NCBI RefSeq assembly: GCF_963921235.1
Contig: NC_086108.1
Location: 80,478,001 to 80,542,000, forward strand
Length of the DNA: 64,000 nucleotides
Direction of reading: 5' to 3'
Origin: Mobula hypostoma
Lineage: Eukaryota
The notes beneath the pieces were generated by a model. The model was not told the origin of the DNA and ran no database searches. It was given only the letters and a program-made list of their open reading frames with translations. The position numbers and the translations under genes were made by a program. Below are positions 61,283 through 64,000 of this stretch, one piece after another (within the stretch, counting starts at the first letter, position 1; each line of letters starts with the position of its first letter).

Positions 61283-62949
61283 TGTCATGGACCGGTCTGT
61301 GAAGTGCATATTCCAGTTCGTGGTCCGGTCCATGGACTCAGAACTCCAGGTCTTCCAGCTGTCCCTTGTTTGAGTTAATCATAGGCAACTGATTCCCATC
61401 TTGAGACTTGGAATATAAGTAGCCTTGGGGTTGAGTGTGAGCTGCTGGTTTGTTTTGTCAAGATCCCCGGGAGCAACCTGCTGGTGGAAGGCTAGAGCAG
61501 CCAAATGCCTTCTTTAGGCCGCGTTGGGGAACCATCCCTCATGGAGCCTTTCTGTCAGTAGTTGGAGCTGTCTTTGCGGTATGGATTCGGCTGTTTCCCG
61601 GGCCAGCTGAGTGGCTGCCAGCTACTCTGAGCTAGGTAGGGATCCGACTGTTTCCGTAGCCAGCTGAGGTTGCTGGCTGAACTGAGACTCAGAGCTACGC
61701 CGGAGCAGAGATGGAACTGTCTGTCTTTCTTTGGTGTTTTCTCTTCTTGTCCTCGCCTCTGTGTGGTAAGTCAGGCCATTTTGACATTTCCCTGTGGGGG
61801 GGGGGATCTGTCTTGTCTTGTCTTTGCCTCTGTTGGGTAAGTCCGGCCATTCTGCCATTACCTGATGGATGGTCCTGTCCCACCTTGGTGTGGAGAAGTT
61901 GAGTCCCGGCTTGTCTAAGTGTAAGTTCCGGCTCTATGTCTATGTACTGTCCTGTCTCACGTTGGTGTCTTGTTAAAGATGAGTCCCGGCTTTTCGAAGG
62001 AAAAGTCCTGGCTCTATGTTAATGTACAGTTCCCAGTCTGTCTCCAAGTTCCAGCCTCCGAGTTATCAGCCTCCGCAAGCTCAGGATCCCACACCCCAGC
62101 TGGCAGTCAAGCTCAAGATCCCAGAACCCAGCCGGCAGCCAAGCTCAAGTTCCCAGAACCCAGCCGGCAGCCAAGCTCAACATCCCAGACCCCAGCCGGC
62201 AGCCAAGCTCAGGTTCCCAGAACCCAGCCGGCAGCCAAGCTCAAGATCCCAGACCCCAGCCAGCAGCCAAGCTCAAGATCCCAAGCCAAGCTCCAAGAAC
62301 CCAAGCCTCAAGGATCCCAAGCCAAGCTCCAAGAACCCTAGCCTCGAGGATCTCAAGCCAAGCTCCAAGAACCCTAGCCTCGAGGATCCCAAGCCAAGCT
62401 CCAAGAACCCTAGCCTCGAGGATCGATCCCAAGCCAAGCTCCAAGAACACTAGCCTCGAGGATCCCAAGCCAAGCTCCAAGAACACTAGCCTCAAGGATC
62501 CCAAGCCAAGCTCCAAGCTCACAACCCAAGGCCCCAGCCTGCAGCCAAGTCCAAGACCCAAGGCCCCAGCCTGCAGCCAAGTCCAAGACCCAAGACCCCA
62601 GCCTCAAGCCTCAACAGCAAAGACCCCAGCCTGTTTCCAAGCTCAGGTCTCTAGACCTCAGCCACGTCCTGTCCTGAAGCCAGGTCATGTCCTTGCCTGG
62701 TTCTGGGGTCTGAGCCTGAGGCAAGACCCAGGTTCTGGGTCCTTGTCCAGTCTCGGGCTCGGAGTCGAAGCCTTGTCTCCTAGTCCACGGTTTCTAGTCC
62801 TGGTCCCGCTTTCCCTAGCCCAAGTCTGCGTTCTTGTCCCTGCTCCTGGTCTGAATCCTGTCACGTCCCTACTCTAGTTAAGTCCTGTTCCTTGTACTAC
62901 AGTGTCTGTGTCTCACATTTGGGTCTGTTCCCAGCACCCCATTGTGACT
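61283..62949 (+). mobile_element. Solo LTR (Gypsy-like) with internal tandem repeats
   Basis: Starts TGTCA, ends TGTGAC(t); 5-bp TSD gacac at 61278-61282 and 62950-62954; TATA-like gaatataagt at ~61411. Confidence 0.75.
62075..62640 (+). repeat. Compound minisatellite inside the LTR
   Basis: ~31-32-bp units cccagccggcagccaagctcaagatcccaga(a), then ~36-bp units ccaagccaagctccaagaaccctagcctcgaggatc, then ~27-bp units cccaaggccccagcctgcagccaagtccaaga. Confidence 0.92.
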
Positions 62950-63555
62950 GACACACATTGGCTCACGCATCTGTGAAGGAACTTTATCTCATATAAAGAC
63001 TAGGCAACTTGCATTAATTGGAGGCTAGATATCTAATACCATTAATAATCTGGTTAGAGAAAGGTGAGCACATCTCGCAGATTCTTTAAGGAATCAAGTG
63101 TCAATCAATGCAGTGAGAGATAAACAAGGAAATGACAGAGCATATGGTTCAACGTGAGTTGTCCAAAAAAAAAACTAATATTCCTGCTTGGAAAGTGGTT
63201 TTCTTAGGCCTTAGCAGCTTCTGGGCTGATAGTTTTAGTGCTGTGGCTTAAAACCAAGTTGTTCTTTACAGAAGCTTCATAATTCAATATTTGAATCAAG
63301 CAGATTGGCGGCACTGTTAGTGATTGTCAATAGACGGCCATATTAACTAATATTCTTTTTTCTCAACTGTGTTGACACAGTATGGTGGAGGCTTACCCTT
63401 GCTGTGGGAAACTTACATAATTAAATGGCCATTAGGATTGTCTTCAAGTACAAACTAAATACAAAAAATCGGCCCAAAATTAAAAACAAATACTAAGCAG
63501 TAATAAGAAAAAATAAGTGATTGCTTCTGAAGCAGCAATTTTTAAATAAAATATA

Positions 63556-64000
63556 TGTCAAGAATGTAGAGGAGGCTTTACCCAAAAACAGAGTAATGGA
63601 GATGATTCAGCAATAAATGATAACTTTAACAGTAGACTGCAAAATAACAAACCATAAGGGGCCACAGACCAGAGAACAGATACTATACTCACAGGTAGCA
63701 AGGTAACTGTAGGCTAGGAGCAACTGGGTAAAGCTGGCTGGTTGAATGAGTGAACAAAGATTGTGGAGGAGAGCTGGGTTTAAATAGGCTGCAGGCGATG
63801 AAGTTGGAGATGAGTGGCAGATGACTCCTGTTAGCCAGGGAGGAGCCTGCATGTGCAGGCTTGATGGGACCCCCACTCCCCATGACAGAAGACAATCCAG
63901 ATAAATCCAGTGCAAGTACTTGATGCTCCCAAGATTTCTCCTCTGGGATGTACTCTTCACAGTCGACCAGATACTGCACACCCCGTCCATGACAATACAA
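63556..64000 (-). mobile_element. Chromovirus-type Gypsy 3' end: integrase chromodomain remnant + 3' LTR (63556-63887)
   Basis: GRGVQYLVDCEEYIPEEKSW resembles the QYLVDWEGYGPEERSW chromodomain; LTR runs TGTCA...TGACA with TATTTAAA. Confidence 0.75.

Noticed and set aside
61970..62607. Long repetitive ORFs (P/Q/S/K-rich and antisense L/G/W-rich)
   Set aside because: By-products of a stop-poor tandem array inside an LTR. The units are contiguous with no unique spacers, so it is not a CRISPR array either.

Overview
This is eukaryotic vertebrate DNA, mostly intronic or intergenic, with no intact long ORF, CRISPR array, rRNA or true tRNA gene. The repeat mix (abundant CR1, Rex1/Babar-like LINEs, Penelope, V-SINEs) suggests a cartilaginous fish, probably a ray; this is inference. 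Most of the window is transposon-derived: many CR1 and Rex-like LINE fragments, an L1 3' end, an AT-rich L2-group LINE, a BovB-like RTE fragment, a ~3.1 kb HERO-type (RLE) retrotransposon, several Penelope-like elements, tRNA-derived SINEs, mariner/Tigger/Tc1/hAT non-autonomous elements and Gypsy LTRs. The most notable signal is a family of minimal type-I hammerhead ribozyme motifs in the Penelope termini; several sit in TSD-flanked fold-back insertions that share a breakpoint. Also notable are LINE-derived non-autonomous elements, a SINE with swapped 3' tails, a palindromic mariner MITE built from two right ends, and a candidate promoter with weak minus-strand exon candidates of an unidentified gene. 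Repeat boundaries are approximate unless a TSD or TIR is quoted, and family names come from motif recognition, not a database search.
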